A model generated the notes under the pieces. It was not told the origin of the DNA. It ran no database searches and saw only the letters and a list, made by a program, of their open reading frames with translations. DNA of 64,000 nucleotides from Eledone cirrhosa (Eukaryota). Location of the stretch: assembly GCA_964016885.1 (NCBI GenBank), contig CAXHJY010000416.1, positions 1 to 64,000 on the forward strand. Direction: 5' to 3'. The translations under genes and the position numbers were made by a program. Below are positions 44,750 through 57,329 of this stretch, piece by piece (the first letter of the stretch is position 1; each line of letters begins with the position of its first letter).

Positions 44750-45305
44750 TGACAGCTCTACATATGCTTTGCTCAGAATATTGATCTCCTGGAAACTGTT
44801 CAGGCACGTGCAACCAAACGAATACCCGCCATCAGGCACCTACCATACCCTGAATGCCTTGCTTCCCTGGACATGGATACATTAAAGCTCTGGCATCTCA
44901 CTTAGTAGACACCCACAAGATTATTAACCGTCTTTCCAACAACAACCCTGAGCACCTTTTTGAATTCCATTTGTCCAACATCTGTGGACATGCTTACAAA
45001 ATCAGAAAACAGCACAGCTCCCATGACTTTTGGAAACATTTTTCACACTCAGAGTTGCTGAAGCATGGAGCAAACTACCTGCATCAGTTGTTAGTTGTTA
45101 GGACACTGCATCCTTCAAAACTTCCATATTTCCCAAAATTTGCCAACACCACACCTGATATTCCCCCTCTACACACGCATGTATATGTATGTCTGTGTGT
45201 ATATCATTGTTCACTTTCCTCACATTTGCATATTATTCTATGTACTATACATGCACCTTTGATGAGTTGTAGTGCACCTGAGCACTGTACATAATAAATT
45301 TCATT
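44750..45305 (+). pseudogene. Decayed CR1-type LINE 3' end; its 3' UTR also appears at about 42950-43140
   Basis: LETVQARATKRIP, HKII, GHAYKIRKQ; shared terminal gagttgtagtgcacctgagcactgta. Confidence 0.75.
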
Positions 45306-45800
45306 ATATGTAAAACTATCCAGTAATATATAAAATATTCAACATCAATCTGGTGTAGCAGCCATGATGATGATGGTTCTTCTCCTCCTTCTTGTTTTGC
45401 AGGGGTGCTGTTCTGACATTAGTGACTTGGTCATTTAAAACCTGGTGGAGCCCATCCACTCTCCAAGTTATTAAATGTTGTCAACAACTACAAATGACAT
45501 CAACTTATAAACACAACAGCCATATTTACTAACATAATCATACATAGAAGTTTATATATTTATACCTCAGATAAAAGTAATGAAGAATTGAATCAAGTTC
45601 AAAAGATAATTATTTCCTTCACTCATCCTTCCTCTTTGCCTTTCTTCCTTCAATAAAAATAATTTTGCATCCATTTTTTTTCTATATCAACAAGGTTTAA
45701 TTGTGCTGCAAATTCTGATGATTACATAAATGGGTTGGTTTTTGTCTTTTATTTGATATTATTTTAAAAAAATAATTGTTCATTTAATGATTAGAAACTA

Positions 45801-46583
45801 CAGTGGAACCTCAATTCACAAACTTAATTCATTCCTTAAGGCCAATCGTCATCCGAAATGTTCGTAAACCGAAACTATTTTTCCCTTATGAAATGTTGAG
45901 AAAGAAATACAGTGAGAGAAACTGTGTGAAAGACAGATAGATATGTAGTGAAATCTGTCCACGCCTTGAACCTTGGGTGACACCTAAAGGTCAAACTCTA
46001 GGTCACCACCCTTTTGGCGTTAACAAGTTGATACGTGAGCGATCCCTCAAGGTGGGAGACAGAAAGCGACAGGTCTATAAAGCCTATATTTTCCCACCTT
46101 ACAAACAGAGAAATCAGAGCATTACGCTAGCAACAAGCTATGTAAAGATTCACCGCTATCTTCAGGCTGCAGAGGTCTACAGACCATTACTCTCTCACTC
46201 TAGGTCGCAGACTACACCAGCCTCATACAACAACAACAACAAAATAACATTGTCAACCGTTGCAACTCGTGGTAACTTGTTTATTGTTCTTTTTGACTGA
46301 AGTGAAGCAAACCTTTATATATAAAGTAAATCATTTATTCTTGTCTTTTCTTCTAATAACCACTACTAATACCCTTCGTTAAAGATACCACCATAGTAAT
46401 TAACTACACAGCAAGTGACACTTTCCAACCAATACTCCAAGCTTGTTGCCAACCGTTGTTGCCAGTTTGTATGTTCAACACTTTGGACACCATTTGTGAA
46501 TTGAGATGTTTTATGTTCAGAAAAATTGCTCATGAACTGATTTTTTTCGTGATGTTAGGCATTCTTGAATTGAGGTTCCACTG
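45801..46583. mobile_element. Tc1/mariner-pogo (Tigger-like) non-autonomous DNA element
   Basis: TA|cagtggaacctcaattca ... tgaattgaggttccactg|TA. Confidence 0.82.
45944..46408 (+). mobile_element. Possible solo LTR nested in the Tigger-like element
   Basis: TGTAGT...ACTACA termini, TATA-like ctataaa near 46075, ataaa near 46321; no clear target-site duplication. Confidence 0.45.
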
Positions 46584-46741
46584 TATTTGACTATCCACAT
46601 TTAGTTTTAGATTTTGCATATTTTAATTGAAATCATCTGGAAACAAGGTGATGAATAGAAACTTGCAATCACAACTTGCAATATCAGGTGAACATCCTAA
46701 GATAGACTTGAATGTTTTTTTATAAAATAAATTCTATATGT

Positions 46742-47153
46742 TTAACCCTTTAACATTTACATTACTCTATATTTACTATTGTATTTTCATGGTAAAGGCT
46801 TTGTCTCACATAATATCGAATCTATGACATTTTGATATTATTTATTTTAAGAACAATATCTTAATAACAGTATGAGTGGCTGGTTACACCCTGTTTGAAC
46901 AGAAAGAGGTGAAAGAATCCTGGCCAGATATGGCCAGTTTAAATAATTGTTTCTACTTTAGGCACAAGGCCAGCAATTACCCAGTGCATTACTGGTACTT
47001 TATTTTATCGACCCCGTAAGGATGAAAAGCAAAGTCAACCTCGGCGGGATTTGAACTCAGATCATAAAGGGACGTAACTATGCTGGAAAGCATGGCGTCC
47101 GACCGTCTACCGATACTGCCAATCCACCGCCAGTTTAAATAATAAAGGGTTAA
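46742..47153. mobile_element. piggyBac-type MITE interrupted by a SINE
   Basis: TTAA-cccttt...aaaggg-TTAA; same body as 43629-43841. Confidence 0.8.
46948..47128 (-). mobile_element. tRNA-derived SINE (MetaSINE-like core); other copies at about 48375-48558 (+), 44075-44175 (+), 55640-55710 (+)
   Basis: B-box gagttcaaatcc followed by gttgactttgc.tttcatcctt.cggggtcgataaaataaagtaccag; 15-bp duplication gccagtttaaataat at 46933 and 47129. Confidence 0.8.
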
Positions 47154-47194
47154 TTGATAGTTTAATGTTTACAAATTGTGTAGATTATATATAT

Positions 47195-48170
47195 ATATCA
47201 TCATTTTATGTCTGTTCCATGTCCGTAAGGGTTGGACGGGTCCTTCTCAGTACAGCATCGCTCCACTTGTCTCCTTCATGAGCTTTAGCAATCTGGGATC
47301 AGCTCTCTCACCACGTCCATCCAGATCTTTGGTCTTCCTCTACTGCAGCTTTCTTCCACTGGGATTATTTGGCACTTCTTCACTCAGTAATCATCATCCA
47401 TGCATATCACATGTCTGTACCAACGTAGTTTCCTCTACTGCACACTATTTCTGATTCCTCTTATACCCAGTTTCTCTTAGTTCATCCATGCTCTGTCATT
47501 CTCACACATTAACATTGCACATCCATTGAAGCATACTTGCCTCATTTCTCTCTAGCCATTGCATGTCCTCTGTGTTCACTGCCAATGTCTCACTGCCATG
47601 CAGCATGGCACTTCTCACACTTGCACACAAGCCCCATACAGCCAACCTTTCACTCACAGGGAGAAACTTTTTGAAGTTAACGGAAGTAGCAGTTCCCAAA
47701 ACTTCTTTCATTCTGTCCTTATTCTAGCTACAATGTTCTGTTAATTATATCACTTAGGTAGCAGAAACTATTAACCATCTTCCACGCTAGCATGGGTTAG
47801 ACAGGAGTTGTCCCACTTGAGGCAAGGTTGGTCGGGTGACCGTGTCTCTCTCATATAGGACTATCTGGCAGGTTTTGTATGGCTGGATGCCTTTCCTAAC
47901 ACCAACCACATTTACAGTGTCGAACTGGGAACTTTTTACCGTGTTACCTACACAACCACATTACAGCGTGGACTGTGTGTTTTTTGTCGTGACACCTACA
48001 CAATCTCGATCTCATTATCTCATTTATTTGGACTGGATATTGTGGTACCAACTTTACACAGAGAGGGTGGTGTTGGTGGGGTGGGAGGGTAGGGTAGGGG
48101 TAGTGGATTGGGGTGTATATTTGGTTAAGAGGTGCCTACTGACTGTAGGTTTCACTTTGTACATAGGCAA
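47195..48170 (-). pseudogene. Decayed RTE 3' fragments and RTE-C-type 3' UTR
   Basis: [23 protein letters not shown]; 47776-48170 resembles 59250-59615. Confidence 0.75.
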
Positions 48171-48919
48171 GACATATTCCAAAGAAGAATATGTATTTGG
48201 TATATACATATATATACAATATACTGTGTTTTCTATATGATATATGGTTCTTTCTCTCTCTCTATATACATATATCTTTTTCATTTGGTTTATTATGGCT
48301 CTGGATAATGTCTATTGAATTTGCTTATTGAGAAACACGAAATCTAACATATTTGGTGTTTTGATTCAATAGCGCTGTGGATTGGCAGTATAGGTAGAGA
48401 GTCGGATGCCATGCTTTCCAGGATAGTTACCTCCCTTTACGATCTGAGTTCAAATCCCGCCGAGGTTAACTTTGCCTTTCATCCTTACGGGGGTCGATAA
48501 AATAAAGTACCAGTAATGTACTGGTAATTGCTGGCCTTGTGCCAAATGTAGAAATAATTATATATATATATATCCTCACTTTACAACCATTTTCCATGTT
48601 GGCATAGGTTAAATGGGACTTTTTTGAAACACTGTTTATGGTCAGATGACCTTCCTGATGTTAACCCTTTTAGTTGCCTCGTATGACATGAAGGGTTACA
48701 GCATACATATTCTGAAATTGGGATACACACGGTAATGTGCTATATATGCATATATATGCATAACGCAATAAAATCAAATATAGTAGGTTAACGTTTTTTT
48801 TTCATAAATTTATCTTGGCACTCAGTGGTCGCCATAACTGGACCCCGAAACCTAAGGTCGTGTATACATGTTGAATGTATGAAATTTTGAATATACTACA
48901 CACAGACACACACACACAT

Positions 48920-51118
48920 ATCATCATCACAGTTTTACGTCCGTTCTTCCATGCTAGCATGGGTTAGACGGGTTGTCCTGTTGTGGGCAGTGTCTGGTCG
49001 GCTGGCCATGCCTTGCTCATACAGGAACTGATTCTGGCTTGATTTCTACAGCTGGATGCCCTTCCCAACACCAACCTCATTTACAGTGAGTGCTGGATGC
49101 TTTTGCTGTGGCACCTCCACGACCACTTTGCAGTGGGAGGGTGTGGGGGCAAATTGTTTATATGCTTCAGTTTCGGCTTGTACCCATGGGAGGTCGGGTA
49201 CTCTGTATTACTGCGTGACGCCAGAGGTGACGGTCGTGTGTCATTGCCTTTGAGAGGTGTAATTGGGTAAGGTCGGCTTTTATCACCTCATCCCAGGTCT
49301 TCTTGGGTCTCCCCACTCCGAGGTTTCCATTGACTTCTAGTGCTCTGCACCTTTTTATCCAGCTGTCATCCTTCATATGCATCACATGTCCATACCAACG
49401 CAACCGCCTCTCCTGCACACAGCATTTGATTCCTCTTATGCTCAGTCTCTCTCTCAATTCATTTATGCTTTGCCGTTCATGTATATTACTATTACACATC
49501 CATCAGAGCATGCAGGCTTCATTTCTTTCTAATCTACGTAAGTCTTCCACCTTCAGCGCCCAGGTCTCACTACCATGTAACATTGCTGTTCATATACACG
49601 CATCATACAGTCTGCCTTTCATTTTGAGGGAAAAGCCTTTTTCAGCTAGCAGTGGCAGTAGCTCCCTGAACTTCTTCCATCCCGTTCTTACCCTAGTTAT
49701 TGTACTTTCTGAACACCCACCTCCGCTGCTAATTCGGTCACCTAGGTAGCAGAAGCTGTCTACTGTTTCTACAGGGCCCTCCCAGAGATTGGTGGTACTT
49801 GTTTCCTGTGGCTGTTTGCTGCTTGCTGTCCCAGCACAGCTGCTGCATGTGAAGCCTACATTCTTAATTAAGCTTCCTGAGATCCCGCTCCATCTCTTGT
49901 GTACCCATTGTTTGCATTTGGGGCAGAGAATGGAGTTCCTACCTACACCTTTCCTACATACTGAGCAAGGCCATTTCCCTGAGGGGATCTGGGTTCTGTT
50001 TTCTCGTCTACTTACAAGGACCTTAGTCTTTGTCATGTTGACTTTGAGACCCTTTCTTTCTAGTCCCTGCTTCCAAGTTTGGAATTTCTTCTCTAGTTCT
50101 ACCATAGATTCAGCTATAAGTGTGAGGTCATCAGCATACAGGAGTTCCCATGGGCATCCGGTCTTAAACTCCTCCGTTATTGCCTGCAGGACTATGATGA
50201 ACAGGAGAGGGCTAAGAACAGAGCCCTGGTGGACACCGACCTGTACACTAAATTCCTTGCTATACTCATTGCTAATCCTAACTTTGCTGACTGCTCCCCT
50301 ATACAGCTTTCACAAGCCATTCATCTACTCCTAGTTTTCTAAGAGCCCACCAGATTATAGCACGTGGAACTCTGTGAAAGGCTTTCTCAAGATCCATGAA
50401 TGCCAGGTAGAGTGGCTTACTTTTAGCTAGGTACTTTTCCTGTAACTGTGGTGCCTCTTCCTGGTACAAACCCAAATTGCATCTCATCTAGTTTCAACCG
50501 GTCCCTAATCAACTATGCTATAACTCTTTTTGTTACTTTCATGACCTGGTCCATCAGCTTTATACCTCTAGTTTCCTCTATCTAGTGCATCACCTTTACC
50601 TTTGTAGCAGTTGACAATGATGCTACTGCACCAATCTTTTGGTATGACACCTTCTAGTATTACCTGGTTAACAATACGTGTCGTTATAGTGTGACCTACA
50701 GACCCAGATGCCTTCAGCATCTCGGCAGCTATCCCCGATGGACCGGTTGCCTTCCCCATCTTCATATCTTTGATTGCCTTACTTACTACATTGCTGCTGA
50801 CTTGTACTGCTGGCCCCTCTATAGGGTCTACTTGGGGTAGGGTCTCTTCTTCCCATGCATTCTCCTCAATTAGTAATCTATCATAATGTCTCTTCCATGC
50901 ATCTTTCTTCTCAGCACTTGTGAGGGCAAGCTCACCTTTATCATTCTGGATACACTACTCTCCAATGGCTTCACAATTCTCTCTGACACACTGCCTCGCA
51001 ATCTTGAACACCTCCTGTTTCTGGTCCTCACATTGCAAAACATGCTTGAATTTTCTATCCTCTGCTTCCCTCCTAGCTAAGTATACTTGTCGCCTAGCTT
51101 CCTTCCTGGTCTCTATGT
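48920..51118 (-). pseudogene. 5'-truncated, frameshifted RTE (RTE-A-related) with (GAT)n tail
   Basis: ORF pieces [37 protein letters not shown]. Confidence 0.9.
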
Positions 51119-51188
51119 AATGTATATATATATCAAATTAAAAATGTGAGGAAATAATAGTAAAAAATATACCTATTTTTTCTCCAAA

Positions 51189-51281
51189 GTCCCGACTGCA
51201 GTTTCACCGAATTGCTTTGCAGCAATCATGCATTATAGAAGTGCACCATCACTGTGAGATTAATAAGGCTTATCAAGAGAC
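51189..51281 (-). ncRNA. Degenerate hammerhead-like motif
   Basis: GTCTC-TTGATAA(core with 2 mismatches)-[about 64 nt]-GAAA-CTGCAG-TC-GGGAC. Confidence 0.4.
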
Positions 51282-51482
51282 CCCTCGGTTAGTGGACTGT
51301 TTCTTGACCCAATCGTAACAAGTGAGAATTTCTATGTATATATATATATTAGAGGGAAGAAACATGCATACAAAGCAAGCAAAGTTACAACTAAAGCAAC
51401 AACAGCAAAAAGCAATGTTAAGTGCAGTACTGTGCATTTAAATAAAGCAGAAAACCTTTATTGTTAATAAAATCTTACTTAC

Positions 51483-51569
51483 CTGTTTTTCTAGTTCCTT
51501 TTGGATTGACAGAGCATTCTCTAATCTTTGTTTAAATTCTTGATTAGTCTTTTCACTATTTTCCTGAAG
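51483..51569 (-). CDS. Host coiled-coil gene exon (LQENSEKTNQEFKQRLENALSIQKELEKQ)
   Basis: ttttgcag| acceptor, |gtaagt donor, 87 nt, phase 0-0. Confidence 0.9.
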
Positions 51570-51685
51570 CTGCAAAATATATATATTGGTTGTATGGTTA
51601 ATTAGCTGTTGTAACGTTAGCAATTGTTTGTGGGATGGGATGGTGAATGATAGGCAATACGTTTTATTCGTACTGCCATTAGTAA

Positions 51686-51955
51686 TGTGGAGGTGCGTGG
51701 CTTTGTGGTCAAGGTGTTGGACTTATGATCATGTCATGGGTTCGATTCCTGGACAGGGTTGTATGTTATGTGTTGTGTTCTTGAGCAAAACACTTCATTT
51801 CATGTTGCTTCAGTATACTCAGTACCAACAACAATAGCTGGGGGTTTAACTCAGCAATGGACTAGCATCCTGTCCAGGACGGAGTCTTCTACTCTCAGTC
51901 ACTTCTCGCCACAGAAACTTGGATAAGCACCAGCCTCCAGACACAAGACATACTT
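51686..51955 (+). mobile_element. tRNA-derived SINE (CORE/V-like); related pieces at about 54478-54570, 61565-61761 (-), 62248-62365
   Basis: A-box tggctttgtgg, B-box ggttcgattcc, then tgtgttcttgagcaaaacactt and atggactagcatcctgtccagg. Confidence 0.75.
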
Positions 51956-52384
51956 TAGACTTAGAAATTAGTATTGAATGATGACATAACTGGATAATGA
52001 GGCAGTCAATAGCTTATGGTACTGTGAACGTATAGCTGCATAGTTAATTATGATGGCTTTATTAGTGTTCATGTCTCCTCCTCCTCGACGCCAACACCAC
52101 CATCATGATTCTGGTATGGGTTGGATGGGATGTTTTGAAACAATATTTTACAGCTGGATGCCCTTCCTGATGACAACCCTTTTAGTCACCCCTTATAACA
52201 TGCAGGGATATACAATTTATCTATTCTAAATACTGGGATACACACAGAAATATATGTTGAAGCTGCTTCACTACTTCTTACAATTCATCCAGAGACTTTC
52301 CTTTCACCCAGAACCTTTTATTATGCACAATCTATTACACAGAATGACACCCTACTGAATTCCTTTTCTAGCTTACTCTGTGAG

Positions 52385-52780
52385 TGGCAGTGTTGGAGTC
52401 ACAATAAAATGCACCCAGTCCACTCTGTAAAGTGGTAGAGATGGTGCCCAGATTAAAAGCATTGAATCCATCCTGTAAGGTGGTAGTGTTGGTGCCATGT
52501 CAAAAAGCATCCAGTCCACCTTGTAAGCTGGCTGTATTGGTGCCATGGCAAAAGGCATGTAGTCCACCCTGTAAAGTAGTAGTGCTGGAGTCAAGGTAAA
52601 ATGCTCTCAATACAAGCTGTAAAGTAGTTGGCATTAGGAAGGACATCCAGTTGTAGAAACCAAGACAAAAAATTGAATGTATGTGTAACACAGTCTCTCA
52701 ATGTGTTTAGCCCCAGTACATGATAATCTATCTAAATCATGCAAGCATGGAAAATAGACATAAATTGGTGATGATGATGA
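52385..52780 (+). mobile_element. RTE-dependent short element with internal tandem repeats of about 42 bp and a (GAT)n tail
   Basis: Repeated ggtgcca..aaaagcatccagtccaccctgtaaagtgg units, then taggaaggacatccag, catgcaagcatggaaaatagac and gatgatgat. Confidence 0.7.
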
Positions 52781-52807
52781 TATATGTGTATATATGAAAA
52801 AACTTAC

Positions 52808-52930
52808 TTTTTCTAATGTTTTCTCCAAATCATTACATTTCAATGAACTTTCCTCTAAATTTTTCTTAGTGATATCAAAAACCTTTTCAATATTTTCAGA
52901 ATCTTTATTCTTTTGTTCGAGAGTATTTAT
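52808..52930 (-). CDS. Host coiled-coil gene exon (INTLEQKNKDSENIEKVFDITKKNLEESSLKCNDLEKTLEK)
   Basis: ttttgtttag| acceptor, |gtaagt donor, 123 nt, phase 0-0. Confidence 0.9.
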
Positions 52931-54733
52931 CTAAACAAAAAAGAAATGTGGATGATGTAATATTTGCACTGACAGAGTGGCCAAGTAAATGATGGTTGAT
53001 GCTGCCATATTAAATGTATAGTGTTATTAACTTATATTCTCTTATTAATTCTTTTCTATAATAGTAACTAGCAGATAGAAATATAGAAATCCTGTTTCGA
53101 ATTGAGTACGAAAGTGTGGCGCAGTATTGAATGATGTTGATGGATGGATGATGTCTTTACTTAATATACAATCCACACATCATAATCGTTGGACAGCCAT
53201 GATGGATGAATTATATGACAGTTTCAACCTTTTAGATGGTGTGCAGAGTAAGTTTGAATAAAAGACTTCTTTTGAATTGGTTTACAATATATAGCATTGA
53301 TAGAGACAGGCTTAAGTTAAGAGATGTACAATAGTTGACCATCTCCACAGTAGTGTTTATATAACAAAAGTATCTGTGATATCTATACATGTTGTGTATA
53401 TATGTTGTATATATGAAGAACTTCATGAGTGACTGAAAAACTGTTGATTAAACCAAATTTAGATTAACAATTGACTTGCACTGTAAAATTGAAAATGACA
53501 GCAGCCTGTCTGAGGAAGGAGCCCCACAAGGTGGGGTGGCTGTTGCAGCAGGTATCTGTGGAAATGTCTTTGTCATTTTTTTTGCAGGGCTCAGCTGAAA
53601 CACTGTTCTGACCTAGGTGTAGAGCCTGTCACCTCTCCACTTCCCCTTTTCTTTCTTCTGTTGCCAAATAGTCCTTGCTGTTTCCATCCGTTTCCTCTCA
53701 TTTATGGCATTTATAGTCCTTTCCAATACTGCTTTCTATATGTTTGACTAAATACTAAATTCTTTATTATTTTTATGTAATTTTATCCTAAGAATATATT
53801 TGAGTATTTTGAAATAAAATTTATCAGAATAAGAAAACAAAAAACAAAAACAAGATTAACATAGTTATATTTTTTATCTTAACTGAAGAGTTTATACAAC
53901 AAAGCCATTGGTGATACTTATAAATAGTTGTTATCTATTTTGTATATATGAAGGATTTCATGGGGTCTGATTGAAAGACTTCTAAAGTATTAAGTCAAAA
54001 GATAGTTATTATAATGTAAATAATTATAATGATCATATAAGGAATTTTATTTCAGTTTATAACTTTGTAAATAGGCTTTCCTTATTATAAATATATTTTA
54101 CATTTGTCATTTGTTTAGTTTACGAAACCAGAAAAAAATCCCAGCCATTGTTAATACATCAGGAAGGATTCTGATTATCAAAGACATCAAAATGTATACA
54201 AATGGTTGTTGTTTAACTTCAGGTTAGTCTTAATCAAGTAGGCAGGTGATGAAATATACTTCAACAAAGACCATCTTTTTTCCAGACATAGTGTACCAAG
54301 AACTATTGTGTTTCCCCTATTATAAGACAGGCCTTATATTAATTTTCCCTGAAAAAAAAAAAAAGTCACCTAGGGCTTATATTTTTACACAAAAAATAAC
54401 GGCACAAGAGTTTTGATAAGAGTATCATTACACTGATGTCAAAAATAAAAAAAATAAATAAAACGTATACATAATAACCCTGCAATGGACTGGCGTCCTG
54501 TCCAGGGAGGCGTCTGGTACTCTTAGTCGCTTCCCCCCATGAAACCAGGATAAGCTCTGGCTTAAGACATACTTTTTTTTTTAGACTTTAGAATGTTTAA
54601 TAAATGGGGAAAACATTGGAATAGATTTTAGTTATTTATTGACTGTTATAAGAATATATGTCTAAGTTATATGTTTTCCTTCAAACTTTTGCCTAAAGAT
54701 AAGTGTGGTGATAAATTTCACTCATATACTTAC

Positions 54734-54832
54734 ATTAGAGCTTAGCTCTGCCGACAACGAAACAATTTTAGCTTCAGATTTTTCAAGCTTTTCTCTCAAG
54801 GAACTATTTTCTTTATTATGTGCTTCATTTTT
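54734..54832 (-). CDS. Host coiled-coil gene exon (KNEAHNKENSSLREKLEKSEAKIVSLSAELSSN)
   Basis: attgtag| acceptor, |gtaagt donor, 99 nt, phase 0-0. Confidence 0.88.
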
Positions 54833-56597
54833 CTACAATAGATTAAAGAAACAGTTAGCTAAAGCATTAATTCAATAAGAGTTTCTTAATGAAATCATAA
54901 ACTTAACCTTCAGCATGCTAGAAATTTTTATAAATTGTTTCCCTTGACACTGCATTATGTATTAAGGGGAGATTACTCTATCGGCGACTTAATGTGCCTG
55001 GAGCCTCTAGGAGATTAAAGCAATCAAATTTAAGTTTCTTATTTTATTAATATTAAGGACAAACATAATAAATATGGAAAATGGTTAAGAAGTCCAAGGA
55101 TGAATTATTTAATTCAGACTGGACTGTGGTAAGTACATAAATATTCAGAAATTAAGGCCCATGTAAAAGGCATATAAAACAATTGAAGGTTAAAGGACGA
55201 GATAGTTTCTTTAGAACTTAGACTTAATATTTAAACCTCAGAAATAAGATGATAGAAGATAGGAATGACAGAAAATAATTTATTTTGTAATATACTTCTT
55301 TTTGTCATTGGTACTAGTACCACTGCAATGATACATGATGATATATTTCTACTAGACTCCCAGTATTAAGACTACACATTGCCATGTTTATTTTGTATCA
55401 AATTAGGGAAATAGATTGACAGAAACATTAGAAAATCAGGTTATTCATGTAGTTACTCATTCATTATTTCATCTATCTAAATGTAAATTCTTCCATTCGT
55501 GATCAGACATTTCACTGCGAACATGCTACAGGCCCGAGCAATTACTTCGTTTTCTTCATCTTCAACAACAACAACAGACAGCCCTGCCAGCTTCCAAACA
55601 CGAGATGACAATGCTTTGAGATATTTGCTCCAAACTTTCTGAATTCTAATCCTATGAGGTCAACTTTATCATTCACCCTTCCAAGAGATGATAAAATAAC
55701 AGGGGTTAATTTATGTTCTTATAAGGCATCATAGATGTGAATGGAAATTATAATACAATAAAGTAGATAGAAAAGATGGTAGGATGGTTTAGAGGAAAAG
55801 TATAAAGCTAAAAATAGATCATTCATGCGTATTTTTGGTGGCTTACAGTTTAAATATAAGTCACTCTAAAGCACCCAACAATAGTTGGTGGTAAATGACA
55901 TTTGCTCAATATGTCAAGATTTAAATGGCGGACATTTTTTCTTCTTGAGCAACTTTTCTTTATTCAATATACAAAATATCTTAATGTCTTGAAAAGCCAT
56001 TGACATTATATGAAAATAATTGAGCAGTATCTAATAAAAAAAAACACACAATTAAAGGGGGAAAAAAGAAAAAGAAAAGGAGAAAAAAAGAAGGATCAAG
56101 TAACAAAAGAAAGTGGGAGGGGAGGGACATACACTCCAGCCATGTGCCATTGACAAAAGAGCAAAAACGTTACCATGGAGAATGGCCAGAGACACCTGCG
56201 GTGAAATGTACAGATATGGTGGTTTAAAGCAGGTTTACCTTGAATATTTTAGAGCTAGATTAGTAGGTATCTATTGATAATTCCTTTTCACTCCAGAAAA
56301 AAAAAACCTGTAAAAGCCAACACACAAGAGTGATTTCTGTAATCTTAAGTGGAGGACAGTTAAATTTTTCACTGGATAGGATGCAGGTAACTTCTCTGTT
56401 GGGAGAGATTGAACTCATAACTGCAATGAGCCACAGTCTTGTCACTGATTACAGTTAGAAACTATCATATTCCTCCTCAGGTAGTTATCTGGTACTTTCT
56501 ATACTCATTCTATTACATCAGTTATTCCTGCTTATATATATGTGAAAACTTCGTAAAGATAAATGTTCATATTTATATCTCTAAATTTATATATTTA

Positions 56598-56995
56598 TAC
56601 GAGGGTAATCCCAAAAGTAAGGTCTCCAACGCGATGGGGATGCAGAGAAACTGCTCGTATGGCTGTTGGCAACACTGTTGTGATTGGTGCTTCCTTCACT
56701 CCCAAACAAGCATGCTCGCACTTCGCTGGGATGCTCAATCTTGACTTGGCAGCCGTTGAAAATGGAGCTCCCGTTGAACGCTACCACCAAGTGCGAATTT
56801 CGCACAGTTATTATATACGAGGGCAATCCTAAAAGTAAGGTCTCCTTCTGAGGCAAACATGTGTAAAGATCAGTGGATCACTCTGGATGCTCTCTGCATT
56901 TTGGTTCCCGAGGTTTCCCGAAGCACCATCCACAGGATTTTAACAGAAAAGTTGCAATATCGGAAGGAGACCTTACTTTTGGGATTGCCCTCATA
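56598..56995 (+). mobile_element. mariner-derived non-autonomous element with three TIR copies
   Basis: tacgagggtaatcccaaaagtaaggtctcc at 56598, a second left TIR at 56816, reverse complement at 56966-56995; TA flanks; transposase-like relics MELPLNATTKCEFRTVI and SRSTIHRILTEKLQYRK. Confidence 0.82.
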
Positions 56996-57329
56996 TATCA
57001 TCATCGTTTAACATCTATCTTCCACTCTAGCATGATAAATGAATGAGATTTGTATATGTGTACGAAATTTGTATATATATATATGTATGTATGTGATTTG
57101 TAGATGATATAAACTGTATTGAAATTTGTGTTAAATTTGTATGTATAAGCCATTATACATACAAATGAATGTATTGTGAAAACTTCGTAAAGAGATTTGT
57201 ATATATATATGTATGTATGTGATTTATAAACTGTGTTGAAATGTGTGTTAAATTTGTATGTATAAGCCATTATGGTTCTCACTTAAACCTCCACCACATT
57301 CGGTATACATGCCTGACACTGTATGCTAA

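Noticed and set aside
44750-45305. Missing 3' half of the CR1-like element at 17603-20010
   Set aside because: Opposite strand, wrong side and much more decayed.
51686-51760. tRNA gene
   Set aside because: A/B boxes only, no cloverleaf; continues into a SINE body.
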